DNA from: Laetmonice hystrix
Taxonomy: Eukaryota
Length of the DNA stretch: 64,000 nt
Direction: 5' to 3'
Assembly: GCA_965235115.1 (NCBI GenBank)
Contig: OZ249439.1
Coordinates: 14,694,001 to 14,758,000, forward strand
A model generated the notes under the pieces. It worked only from the letters and a program-made list of their open reading frames with translations, had not been told where the DNA came from and searched no databases. This document shows positions 11,779-24,888 of the stretch, piece after piece. Both the position numbers and the translations under genes were made by a program. The first letter of the stretch is position 1; every line of letters begins with the position of its first letter.

Positions 11779-13942
11779 AAGAATAGGACGAAGAAGACTA
11801 AAACCGTCAATCTTAAATCTACATGTATCCCATGACTCTAACATGTTTGCTGATCTGATTAAAATGGTAGCCGGGGTTTCTATGAGATTATACAGCTGCA
11901 GAGGAAAGGCAGGTTGGCTCCTGCAATTCGAAAAAATAGGTGTCAAAGAGCCCTCCCCCCTCTTCAACCAATCAATACGCTATAAACAAGTCCAATCACG
12001 GCATAGAACCACCATGTTGATCGGCTGATTCTGACCGACAACAAAACGTCCATTGAATAAATCAGATGTGTGGAAACAAACAAAAGTTATTGTTAGGTCA
12101 CACGGAGAAATCGGCAGCAGTGCGCAGCCTTTCTTTGCGTCTGCCTGTCTGGTGTTGTCAGGAGGTGGAATGCCTTGATAAAAGATACTCATCAAAGCAC
12201 TGCGGTTGCGATATTTGCAATATGTCGGTGATGGCTTTCCATAACAAGGCACATCTCTGGCAGAAAGGATGGAAGCTGAGGCAATAATAATTTATTTCCG
12301 GACTTTTATCCCGACTTTTCTGCCGAAGATGAAACTCCAATTTCCTTAATTAATCTTCCGTTCGACTATACACGATTCAGACCAATAGGAGATCTTGGAC
12401 GTGAGTAAGCAGCGTACATCCACAAAGTGGCTAGGTTGGGGTGGGTGGAGGTGGGTGTGGGGATAATACCCACTGTCGCCGTCCCCCAATCTGTAACGAC
12501 AAAGTTCTCTTGCTCGGTGTAGCTACTGTTGAGGTACAGATTGGAAATCACATCCATCTCCTTCTATAGAAGTCTGGATATCTTAGCGGCAAAAACGCAA
12601 ACCTTTGATCCCGAAATGTCATAATCGCCCTCAATTAGCGATTCCAACGTTACTCGTCATTGGTTATTGATAGCTTCTGATAGTTTTGGTAGTCTCCAGT
12701 AGGCCCGCATAAATAAAGTTTAATTTTCCGTTTTCATTCACATGACCCAGAAAAATCATGCGCTCGAAGAATGAAAGCGTTCAAATCCTTCTTCCAGTTA
12801 AAACGAATTTCTTTCAAGCGACGTTCTGAACTCAAGGATAAAAAGTTCATGTTTGGTTGCGTGGGCATTCTTAACTGAAACAGAAGATTGTCAGATGTAC
12901 TCAGAATAATGTTCAAAGAAGACTTCTTTGTTCCTGACTTGAGTGATCGATTACATGAGGAACAAAAAGGATGCGTTCAATATTCTTTTAAGACCTGAAT
13001 TCCCGTGAGCCCCGCCATCACGAACAGTGAGCACAACCTACCATCGTCTCTCAAACTCGCTACTAGTGGTAGCTCACTCTCGAAATGAGGGGAAAACATT
13101 CAAAAAAGTAACGGAGTCTTTCAGATATTATATTTGTATATTAACTCAGAAAAGAAAAAAAAACAAAGAAAAGGGCCACTAAACTTTGACAAACCATTTT
13201 GGTACAATTATTCCCAAATAATAAGCGCCGTTTATCCGATAGGTGGCGCGTCAAGATCAGAATGCCAATTGGCGTCAATGTGTTTTTATTCCTTTATACC
13301 ACGTGTGTTGGAGTGGCGCGAGGGGAAAAACGCGCAACGCGGCAGTAATTTTCGAGACACGGTAACTACACAGATGACAGTAATTGCCTTGGCTCTAGAG
13401 CAAATGACAAAACAAGTCGCACCTAATCGTCATTGCAGTCCTCCTTGTGTGTATCAGGTAGCATCGACTGCTGCTAATGCAATGCCATAGACTGGCACCA
13501 TTTATCGCACACCAGGTTCAAATTGATTTCAGATTTACCGTGGGATGTCTTCTAATGACACGGTGGATGCTACAATATGCAAAAATGTTTTGTTTAATAG
13601 CACATAATAAGTTGCTTGTAATTTTGTGTTTTAGTTCGCTGCGTCATGAATACGTCTTTTTTTATGTTTGGTAACTGATATTTTGTTGTGATCGTCATTA
13701 CAAACTCAAAGCAGCCAACGTCTAATTGTTGCTGTTTGATAAGGCCTCGTGTTCAAATCATTATCCGAGATGATTGTAATATAACAACAGTTTCAATTCC
13801 GAATAAATTCAAATTGAAAACAGACATCTTGTTTAGTAAAGATTTTGTGCGTGTAAATTTACATGTTGTTGGGTCGAGGATTTCCTCAGATTCTTTGTGT
13901 TAATAAGTTGTTTTAATCATGCCCATATTTATTTGAAAATTG

Positions 13943-14179
13943 AAGCCGCTTTCACATGCATGCGGTATGCGGCGTGCGGCATGCGGCGTGCGTTTTTGTT
14001 AATAATGTAACAAATGTAAATCGCCGCACGCCGCAAACCGGGGCATATATGTGAACGGTTATATCTATTTTCAGTTGTTCCATTTCTGCAAAGCAGCACG
14101 CCGCACGCCGCACGCCGCACGCCGCACGCCGCACGCCGCACGCCGCACGCCGCAAACCGTGTGCATGTGAAATCAGCTT
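13943..14179. mobile_element. MITE-like element with ~38-bp imperfect TIRs and an internal 7-bp (GCACGCC)n array
   Basis: Left end aagccgctttcacatgcatgcggtatgcggcgtgcggc matches the reverse complement of the right end (aagctgatttcacatgcacacggtttgcggcgtgcggc). The termini resemble PIF/Harbinger-type MITEs (inference). Confidence 0.7.
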
Positions 14180-15083
14180 TTTAGTGTATGTTACTGTGCC
14201 ATGACGCCGTGGTTAACATCACGGATATCTAGGAAGTCTACACTTGAGCACCTAATAATGTACATCTTTAGTAAACACACACGTATTGGGAAACGTGCAC
14301 AAATAGATGGAAGTAGCAAAAATAGGGCTTATCCAGAAAAAAAAAGAAATATAACGGAAATAAAAGCATTCTGAACGATTATCATAGAGCGTTCCAGTGA
14401 AGCGTACAGTAGGTGCACACATTAGAAAACAATAGTTTATCTTCCTGTCTTCAGCCACGGATGACAAAGGGGGAAATTATTCGCTCGTAATCTCATGCCG
14501 CTTATCTTACAAAGACTTATAGTACTTAGGTAATCGTACTCTGCCAAGCGTCTGTTCCATACATGGACACTTCCATCTCCCGTTTCCGCTTGGCGCCACA
14601 CCAGCCCCATAGTGTGGCGCCACGGTGTGGCGCGTGTCCCACCAATCTAGGCTCTAGTCATGTGACATTCATAAAACGTCACTCGCTTACTTTTGCTTCA
14701 TTAACCAATGTCTCCGGTACTGCTTCCAACAAAACAAGACTCAGACATGAAATTGCGATTTGGCTCATCAGCGGGCCTATAGTCAGTGGGTGCAGCTGCC
14801 TAACAATTCATTACGGAAGACGTTGTACTAACGAGTTGTGCGATGGCAGGGGGCGATTAGGTAGCAAACCCGTCCAGCCACATGCCATCACCAAGGGGCT
14901 CGTGTCTCATCCATTCCGGCAACCGCAACTTAAACAATTTTACAGGCACGACTCGGCGGAGTGGCGTGGATATAAATATTAACGAGATTATACAAATACC
15001 TTTAACGGAATAAAAGGGGCTGAAATAACCAAACTACTCTGGACACGCAAACGGCTAAACTTCCGAGGTATTGCCGTGGTAGA

Positions 15084-15098
15084 ACACCAGGTGGCGCC
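15084..15098 (+). promoter_or_regulatory. CTCF-like motif
   Basis: acaccaggtggcgcc vs consensus CCACCAG(G/A)(G/T)GGCGC. Confidence 0.4.
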
Positions 15099-15334
15099 AT
15101 CGGGCAGTATCTTAAGTTTCCTCCAAATCATTACACCCCGCACAGAAACGTTAACCCGGTAATACACTGTAGAAAACTTAGGTGTGACTGATGGTACCAC
15201 CATAAGAATACCGCAGACGGCTGTTTTTTTAGTATTTAGGGGAAGGTTTTGCACGTAAAAAAGACACCCCACCCCCGCTGATTCTAGTAGAACAAATTAG
15301 AGGCAGTAAAAGCTGTCATGTGTATAGCCATAAT

Positions 15335-15604
15335 TCTTTCTACCATCAATTACTGGCTACCTGCTGTTTGAAATCTTTCTATCATCAATTACTGGCTAGC
15401 TGCTGTTTGAAATCTTTCTATCATCAATTACTGGCTAGGTGCGGTTTGAAATCTTTCTACCATCAATTATTGGCTAGGTGCTGTTTGAAATCTTTCTACC
15501 GCCAATTACTGGCTAGCTGCTGTTTGAAATCTTTCTACCATCAATTACTGGCTAGCTGCTGTTTGAAATCTTTCTACCATCAATTACTGGTTAGCTGCTG
15601 TTTA
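15335..15604. repeat. 39-bp minisatellite, ~7 copies
   Basis: Unit tctttctaccatcaattactggctagctgctgtttgaaa; it explains the repetitive ORF 15320-15625. Confidence 0.95.
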
Positions 15605-15865
15605 GAATTGTCGGAGGAGAGTTAACAGAGGGCGCGGTCAAATCAAATTTGAGATGTCAGATTCTTGCTCAGACCGGTCGGGTACGCTATGTAGAAAAAA
15701 AGCTGCTTGTAAGAAATAAAAGAGAATATAATTTTAAGTAGTCAACCGTTAATTGACAGGAATGTTGAGGCGGCAAGGACTAATCTGATCGAGGGCAGTA
15801 AAATAATGGTAGCGCCACGTTATTGTGATAATCAGGACGACGTAACCACAGGCAGTTAACAGGCT

Positions 15866-18800
15866 CTGTAGTGTAAGCGAGGCGTGCCAGGTACAGCTAG
15901 TTATGCCAGGAGAGGTTCACCCTACGGTCACGTATCTGTAGTGTAAGCGAGGCAGGCCAGGTACAGCTAGTTATGCCAGGAGAGGTTCACCCTACGGTCA
16001 CGTATCTGTAGTGTAAGCGAGGCAGGCCAGGTACAGCTAGTTATGCCAGGAGAGGTTCACCCTACGGTCACGTATCTGTAGTGTAAGCGAGGCAGGCCAG
16101 GTACAGCTAGTTATGCCAGGAGAGGTTCATTCTACGGTCACGTATATAGTGTAAGCGAGGCAGGCCAGGTACAGCTAGTTATGCCAGGAGAGGTTCATCC
16201 TACGGTCACGTATCTGTAGTGTAAGCGAGGCAGGCCAGGTACAGCTAGTTATACCAGGAGAGGTTCATTCTACGGTCACATATCTGTAGTGTAAGCGAGG
16301 CAGGCCAGGTATAGCTTGGTTATACCAGGAGAGGTTCACCCTACGGTCACGTATCTGTAGTGTAAGCGAGGCAGGCCAGGTATAGCTAGTTATACCAGGA
16401 GAGGTTCACCCTACGGTCACGTATCTGTAGTGTAAGCGAGGCATGGCAGGTATAGCTTGGTTATACCAGGAGAGGTTCATCCTACGGTCACGTATCTGTA
16501 GTGTAAGCGAGGCATGCCAGGTACAGCTAGTTATACCAGGAGAGGTTCATCCTACGATCACGTATCTGTAGTGTAAGCGAGGCAGGCCATGTACAGCTAG
16601 TTATACCAGGAGAGGTTCATCCTACGGTCACGTATCTGTAGTGTAAGCGAGGCATGCCAGGTATAGCTAGTTATACCAGGAGAGGTTCACCCTACGGTCA
16701 CGTATCTGTAGTGTAAGCGAGGCAGGCCAGGTACAGCTAGTTATACCAGGAGAGGTTCACCCTACGGTCACGTATCTGTAGTGTAAGCGAGGCAGGCCAG
16801 GTACAGCTAGTTATACCAGGAGAGGTTCATTCTACGGTCACGTATCTGTAGTGTAAGCGAGGCAGGCCAGGTACAGCTAGTTATACCAGGAGAGGTTCAT
16901 TCTACGGTCACGTATCTGTAGTGTAAGCGAGGCAGGCCAGGTACAGCTAGTTATACCAGGAGAGGTTCATTCTACGGTCATGTATCTGTAGTGTAAGCGA
17001 GGCAGGCCAGGTACAGCTAGTTATACCAGGAGAGGTTCATTCTACGGTCACGTATCTGTAGTGTAAGCGAGGCAGGCCAGGTACAGCTAGTTATACCAGG
17101 AGAGGTTCATTCTACGGTCATGTATCTGTAGTGTAAGCGAGGCAGGCCAGGTATAGCTAGTTATACCAGGAGAGGTTCACCCTACGGTCACGTATCTGTA
17201 GTGTAAGCGAGGCAGGCCAGGTACAGCTAGTTATACCAGGAGAGGTTCACCCTACGGTCACGTATCTGTAGTGTAAGCGAGGCAGGCCAGGTACAGCTAG
17301 TTATACCAGGAGAGGTTCATTCTACGGTCATGTATCTGTAGTGTAAGCGAGGCAGGCCAGGTATAGCTAGTTATACCAGGAGAGGTTCACCCTACGGTCA
17401 CGTATCTGTAGTGTAAGCGAGGCAGGCCATGTACAGCTAGTTATACCAGGAGAGGTTCATCCTACGATCACGTATCTGTAGTGTAAGCGAGGCATGCCAG
17501 GTATAGCTAGTTATACCAGGAGAGGTTCATCCTACGGTCACGTATCTGTAGTGTAAGCGAGGCATGCCAGGTATAGCTAGTTATACCAGGAGAGGTTCAT
17601 TCTACGGTCACGTATCTGTAGTGTAAGCGAGGCAGGCCAGGTACAGCTAGTTATACCAGGAGAGGTTCATCCTACGATCCCGTATCTGTAGTGTAAGCGA
17701 GGCAGGCCAGGTATAGCTAGTTATACCAGGAGAGGTTCATCCTACGGTCACGTATCTGTAGTGTCAGCGAGGCAGGCCAGGTACAGCTAGTTATACCAGG
17801 AGAGGTCCACCCTACGGTCACGTATCTGTAGTGTAAGCGGGGCAGGCCAGGTACAGCTAGTTATACCAGGAGAGGTTCATTCTACGGTCACGTATCTGTA
17901 CATAGTGTAAGCGGGGCAGGCCAGGTACAGCTAGTTATACCAGGAGAGGTCCACCCTACGGTCATGTATCTGTAGTGTAAGCGAGGCAGGCCAGGTATAG
18001 CTAGTTATACCAGGAGAGGTCCACCCTACGGTCACGTATCTGTAGTGTAAGCGAGGCAGGCCAGGTACAGCTAGTTATACCAGGAGAGGTTCATTCTACG
18101 GTCACGTATATAGTGTAAGCGAGGCAGGCCAGGTATAGCTAGTTATACCAGGAGAGGTTCACCCTACGGTCACGTATCTGTAGTGTAAGCGAGGCAGGCC
18201 AGGTATAGCTAGTTATACCAGGAGAGGTTCACCCTACGGTCACGTATCTGTAGTGTAAGCGAGGCAGGCCAGGTACAGCTAGTTATACCAGGAGAGGTTC
18301 ATCCTACGATCCCGTATCTGTAGTGTAAGCGAGGCAGGCCAGGTACAGCTAGTTATACCAGGAGAGGTTCATCCTACGATCACGTATCTGTAGTGTAAGC
18401 GAGGCAGGCCATGTACAGCTAGTTATACCAGGAGAGGTTCATCCTACGGTCACGTATCTGTAGTGTAAGCGGGGCAGGCCAGGTACAGCTAGTTATGCCA
18501 GGAGAGGTTCATCCTACGGTCACGTATCTGTAGTGTAAGCGAGGCATGCCAGGTATAGCTAGTTATACCAGGAGAGGTTCATCCTACGGTCACGTATCTG
18601 AAGTGTAAGCGAGGCAGGCCAGGTACAGCTAGTTATACCAGGAGAGGTTCATTCTACGGTCACGTATCTGTAGTGTAAGCGAGGCAGGCCAGGTACAGCT
18701 AGTTATACCAGGAGAGGTTCATTCTACGGTCACGTATCTGTAGTGTAAGCGAGGCAGGCCAGGTACAGCTAGTTATGCCAGGAGAGGTTCATTCTACGGT

Positions 18801-21800
18801 CACGCATCTGTAGTGTAAGCGAGACATGCCAGGTACAGCTAGTTATACCAGGAGAGGTTCATCCTACGGTCACGTATCTGAAGTGTAAGCGAGGCATGCC
18901 AGGTATAGCTAGTTATACCAGGAGAGGTTCATCCTACGGTCATGTATCTGTAGTGTAAGCGAGGCATGGCAGGTATAGCTTGGTTATACCAGGAGAGGTT
19001 CATCATACGATCTGTAGTGTAAGCGAGGCATGCCAGGTATAGCTAGTTATACCAGGAGAGGTTCATCCTACGATCCCGTATCTGTAGTGTAAGCGAGGCA
19101 GGCCATGTACAGCTAGTTATACCAGGAGAGGTTCACCCTACGGTCACGTATCTGTAGTGTAAGCGAGGCATGCCAGGTATAGCTAGTTATACCAGGAGAG
19201 GTTCATTCTACGGTCACGTATCTGTAGTGTAAGCGAGGCAGGCCAGGTACAGCTAGTTATACCAGGAGAGGTTCATCCTACGATCCCGTATCTGTAGTGT
19301 AAGCGAGGCAGGCCAGGTACAGCTAGTTATACCAGGAGAGGTTCATCCTACGGTCACGTATCTGTAGTGTAAGCGAGGCAGGCCAGGTATAGCTTGGTTA
19401 TACCAGGAGAGGTTCATTCTACGGTCACGTATCTGTAGTGTAAGCGAGGCAGGCCAGGTACAGCTAGTTATACCAGGAGAGGTTCATCCTACGATCCCGT
19501 ATCTGTAGTGTAAGCGAGACATGCCAGGTACAGCTAGTTATACCAGGAGAGGTTCATCCTACGGTCATGTATCTGTAGTGTAAGCGAGGCATGCCAGGTA
19601 CAGCTAGTTATACCAGGAGAGGTTCATCCTACGGTCACGTATCTGTAGTGTAAGCGAGGCAGGCCAGGTACAGCTAGTTATACCAGGAGAGGTTCACCCT
19701 ACGGTCACGTATCTGTAGTGTAAGCGAGGCATGCCAGGTATAGCTAGTTATACCAGGGGAGGTTCATCCTACGGTCACGTATCTGTAGTGTAAGCGAGAC
19801 ATGCCAGGTACAGCTAGTTATACCAGGAGAGGTTCATCCTACGGTCATGTATCTGTAGTGTAAGCGAGGCATGCCAGGTATAGCTAGTTATACCAGGAGA
19901 GGTTCATCCTACGGTCACGTATCTGTAGTGTAAGCGAGGCATGCCAGGTACAGCTAGTTATACCAGGAGAGGTTCATCCTACGGTCATGTATCTGTAGTG
20001 TAAGCGAGGCATGCCAGGTATAGCTAGTTATACCAGGAGAGGTTCATCCTACGGTCACGTATCTGTAGTGTAAGCGAGGCATGCCAGGTACAGCTAGTTA
20101 TACCAGGAGAGGTTCATCCTACGGTCATGTATCTGTAGTGTAAGCGAGGCATGCCAGGTATAGCTAGTTATACCAGGAGAGGTTCATTCTACGGTCACGT
20201 ATCTGTAGTGTAAGCGAGACATGCCAGGTACAGCTAGTTATACCAGGAGAGGTTCATCCTACGGTCATGTATCTGTAGTGTAAGTGAGGCATGCCAGGTA
20301 TAGCTAGTTATACCAGGAGAGGTTCATCCTACGGTCATGTATCTGTAGTGTAAGTGAGGCATGCCAGGTATAGCTAGTTATACCAGGAGAGGTTCATCCT
20401 ACGATCCCGTATCTGTAGTGTAAGCGAGGCAGGCCAGGTACAGCTAGTTATACCAGGAGAGGTTCATCCTACGGTCACGTATCTGTAGTGTAAGCGAGGC
20501 AGGCCAGGTACAGCTAGTTATGCCAGGAGAGGTTCATTCTACGGTCACGTATCTGTAGTGTAAGCGAGGCAGGCCAGGTACAGCTAGTTATACCAGGAGA
20601 GGTTCATTCTACGGTCACGTATCTGTAGTGTAAGCGAGGCATGCCAGGTATAGCTAGTTATACCAGGAGAGGTTCATCCTACGGTCACGTATCTGTAGTG
20701 TAAGCGGGGCAGGCCAGGTATAGCTAGTTATACCAGGAGAGGTTCATCCTACGATCCCGTATCTGTAGTGTAAGCGAGGCAGGCCATGTACAGCTAGTTA
20801 TACCAGGAGAGGTTCACCCTACGGTCACGTATCTGTAGTGTAAGCGAGGCATGCCAGGTATAGCTAGTTATACCAGGAGAGGTTCATTCTACGGTCACGT
20901 ATCTGTAGTGTAAGCGAGGCAGGCCAGGTACAGCTAGTTATACCAGGAGAGGTTCATCCTACGATCCCGTATCTGTAGTGTAAGCGAGGCAGGCCAGGTA
21001 CAGCTAGTTATACCAGGAGAGGTCCACCCTACGGTCACGTATCTGTAGTGTAAGCGGGGCAGGCCAGGTACAGCTAGTTATACCAGGAGAGGTTCATTCT
21101 ACGGTCACGTATCTGTACATAGTGTAAGCGGGGCAGGCCAGGTACAGCTAGTTATACCAGGAGAGGTCCACCCTACGGTCATGTATCTGTAGTGTAAGCG
21201 AGGCAGGCCAGGTATAGCTAGTTATACCAGGAGAGGTCCACCCTACGGTCACGTATCTGTAGTGTAAGCGAGGCAGGCCAGGTACAGCTAGTTATACCAG
21301 GAGAGGTTCATTCTACGGTCACGTATATAGTGTAAGCGAGGCAGGCCAGGTATAGCTAGTTATACCAGGAGAGGTTCACCCTACGGTCACGTATCTGTAG
21401 TGTAAGCGAGGCAGGCCAGGTATAGCTAGTTATACCAGGAGAGGTTCACCCTACGGTCACGTATCTGTAGTGTAAGCGAGGCAGGCCAGGTACAGCTAGT
21501 TATACCAGGAGAGGTTCATCCTACGATCCCGTATCTGTAGTGTAAGCGAGGCAGGCCAGGTACAGCTAGTTATACCAGGAGAGGTTCATCCTACGATCAC
21601 GTATCTGTAGTGTAAGCGAGGCAGGCCATGTACAGCTAGTTATACCAGGAGAGGTTCATTCTACGGTCACGTATCTGTAGTGTAAGCGAGGCATGCCAGG
21701 TATAGCTAGTTATGCCAGGAGAGGTTCATTCTACGGTCACGTATCTGTAGTGTAAGCGAGGCATGCCAGGTATAGCTAGTTATGCCAGGAGAGGTCCATT

Positions 21801-22650
21801 CTACGGTCACGTATCTGTAGTGTAAGCGAGGCAGGCCATGTACAGCTAGTTATACCAGGAGAGGTTCATCCTACGGTCACGTATCTGTAGTGTAAGCGAG
21901 GCAGGCCAGGTATAGCTAGTTATACCAGGAGAGGTTCATCCTACGGTCACGTATCTGTAGTGTAAGCGAGGCAGGCCAGGTATAGCTTGGTTATACCAGG
22001 AGAGGTTCATTCTACGGTCACGTATCTGTAGTGTAAGCGAGGCAGGCCAGGTACAGCTAGTTATACCAGGAGAGGTTCATCCTACGGTCACGTATCTGTA
22101 GTGTAAGCGAGGCAGGCCAGGTACAGCTAGTTATACCAGGAGAGGTTCATTCTACGGTCATGTATCTGTAGTGTAAGCGAGGCATGCCAGGTATAGCTAG
22201 TTATACCAGGAGAGGTTCATTCTACGGTCACGTATCTGTAGTGTAAGCGAGGCAGGCCAGGTACAGCTAGTTATACCAGGAGAGGTTCATTCTACGGTCA
22301 TGTATCTGTAGTGTAAGCGGGGCAGGCCAGGTACAGCTAGTTATACCAGGAGAGGTTCATTCTACGGTCACGTATCTGTAGTGTAAGCGAGGCATGCCAG
22401 GTACAGCTAGTTATACCAGGAGAGGTTCATTCTACGGTCACGTATCTGTAGTGTAAGCGAGGCAGGCCAGGTACAGCTAGTTATACCAGGAGAGGTTCAT
22501 TCTACGGTCACGTATATAGTGTAAGTGAGGCAGGCCAGGTACAGCTAGTTATACCAGGAGAGGTTCATTCTACGGTCACGTATCTGTAGTGTAAGTGTGG
22601 CATGTCAGGTTACTTATACCAGGAGAGGTTCATCCTGCGTTCACGTATCT
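15866..22650. repeat. 70-bp satellite array, ~97 copies, ~6.8 kb
   Basis: Unit ctgtagtgtaagcgaggcaggccaggtacagctagttataccaggagaggttcatcctacggtcacgtat; the 10-base shift per 60-base line gives a 70-bp period. Confidence 0.98.
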
Positions 22651-22999
22651 CAGACAACCCCCACCTCCCTACCGCTACCCTGATGTTAGCTAATGCAGCT
22701 AACGAACACCTCACGGCTACAGCAGCCTTGTATATAGGCCCTAATTAGATTTCCATACGTGCCGTTAATCAGATCGATAAAGGAGCATTTTGTGATTAGC
22801 TTATTACCAAAGTGTCAATCGTAGAAGATGGTGTTACCTAAGGCATGATGTCTGCATGCAGATGTCGGCAGGGAAATCGATGTACAGGTAAGATGATTAC
22901 CGTCTAACATACTTTACTAATCCGCGTCTTCATGTTTCTGATTTAATCACGGGGTTCTCCAGGGCTCGCCACGGGTTATCCGGGACACGAAGGGATTTC

Positions 23000-24243
23000 A
23001 TGTCAGCCTCGTGTTATATCGACATACCCAGGACAGCATGGGGTGTATCCTGTGTGGTCGTTAGAGAATGTCAGCCTCGTGTTGTGGGGAGGACATACCC
23101 AGGACAGCATGGGGTGTATCCTGTGTGGTCGTTAGGGAATGTCAGCCGCGTGTTGTGGGGAGGACATACCCAGGACAGCATGGGGTGTATCCTGTGTGGT
23201 CGTTAGGGAATGTCAGCCTCGTGTTGTGGGGAGGACATACCCAGGACAGCATGGGGTGTATCCTGTGTGGTCGTTAGGGAATGTCAGCCGCGTGTTGTGG
23301 GGGATATACCCAGGTGAGCATGGGGTGTATCCTGTGTGGTCGTTAGGGAATGTCAGCATCGTGTTATATCGAGGACATACCCAGGACAGCATGGGATGTA
23401 TCCTGTGTGGTCGTTAGGGAATGTCAGCCTCGTGTTGTGGGGAGGACATACCCAGGACAGCATGGGGTGTATCCTGTGTGGTCGTTAGGGAATGTCAGCC
23501 GCGTGTTGTGGGGGATATACCCAGGTGAGCATGGGGTGTATCCTGTGTGGTCGTTAGGGAATGTCAGCATCGTGTTATATCGAGGACATACCCAGGACAG
23601 CATGGGATGTATCCTGTGTGGTCGTTAGGGAATGTCAGCCTCGTGTTGCATCGAGGACATACCCAGGACAGCATGGGGTGTATCCTGTGTGGTCCTTAGG
23701 GAATGTCAGCCTCGTGTTGTGGGGATGCCACACCCAGGACAACATGGAGGGTATCCTGTGTGGTCGTTAGGGAATGTCAGCCTCGTGTTGTGGGGGATAT
23801 ACCTAGGACAACATGGGGTGTATCTTGTGTGGTCGTTAGGGAATGTCAGCCTCGTGTTGTGGGGATGCCACACCCAGGACAACATGGGGTGTATCCTGTG
23901 TGGTCGTTAGGGAATGTCAGTCTCGTGTTGTGGGGAGGACATACCCAGGACAGCATGGGGTGTATCCTGTGTGGTCGTTAGGGAATGTCAGCCTCGTGTT
24001 GTGGGGAGGACATACCCAGGACAACATGGGGTGTATCTTGTGTGGTCGTTAGGGAATGTCAGCCTCGTGTTGTGGGGAGGACATACCCAGGACAACATGG
24101 GGTGTATCCTGTGTGGTCGTTAGGGAATGTCAGCCTCGTGTTGTGGGGATGCCACACACAGGAGAGCATGGGGTGTATCCTGTGCGGTCGTTAGGGAATG
24201 TCAGCCTCGTGTTGTGGGGATGCCACACACAGGAGAGCATGGG
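23000..24243. repeat. 71-bp minisatellite, ~17 copies
   Basis: Unit gaatgtcagcctcgtgttgtggggaggacatacccaggacagcatggggtgtatcctgtgtggtcgttagg; source of the stacked ORFs at 23000-24325. Confidence 0.97.
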
Positions 24244-24652
24244 GCATAAAAACACAAATAAAGAAACAAATACAGACAGATGTAAAGAAATGACCGTCGA
24301 GTGTAGATTTGTGTGGCACATGTAATTACTCATATGTACGAGTACGAGTATTTATACTATTTTATACTACTCCCTACTATTGAACCTTCGGCAACTGTGA
24401 TGTCGAAGATCAAGAACTTTACATTGATCGAAAGACCGGACCAATCGTTACCCTGGATCCGTTCCCCCAGTAGTTGTATGTCAATGACAAGGATATGGTT
24501 ATCAACCATTCATGAACACACCTGACCGGAGAAACACGTAGGGCCGACTTGAAGCCTTGAACTCGGGCGGACTAGGACCTGTGATTTCAGCCGTTTACAC
24601 GTATGCCACGTATGCCACCTATCGGCGATAGGTATAATCCTTAGAGTACTAT

Positions 24653-24668
24653 GGCGCCATCTAGCGGT
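24653..24668 (-). promoter_or_regulatory. CTCF-like motif
   Basis: Reverse complement accgctagatggcgcc. Confidence 0.45.
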
Positions 24669-24888
24669 ACCATCATGAACTATGAAATGAGGGTTCGTAC
24701 AGGGTGTCTGCCTACATAAGATTGAGAGATCATGGGTAAATGCAAAGCCCGCATCTAAGGAGCGGGGAGCAGGGATGAGGGCGATGCCCCCTGAAAGACC
24801 CCCTACCCTAGCGTTTTGGCGTTTTAAGATTTTTGCTCGAAAATCCCAAATCCGGCGGCAGAACCAACTTCGAGACGCTGACTCCTCA

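Noticed and set aside
12366-12557. Minus ORF resembling a GPCR N-terminus (MDVISNLYLNSSYTEQ...)
   Set aside because: No transmembrane segment or linked downstream exon was identified.
14800-14982. Second THAP-like fragment (RRCTNELC...HPF)
   Set aside because: It lacks the C-terminal C..HF motif and is compatible with chance.
23000-24333. Stacked 68-92 aa ORFs, and likewise those at 1332, 5636, 13929, 15320, 24510 and 29308-30669
   Set aside because: They are translations of tandem repeats, with no domain or splice support.
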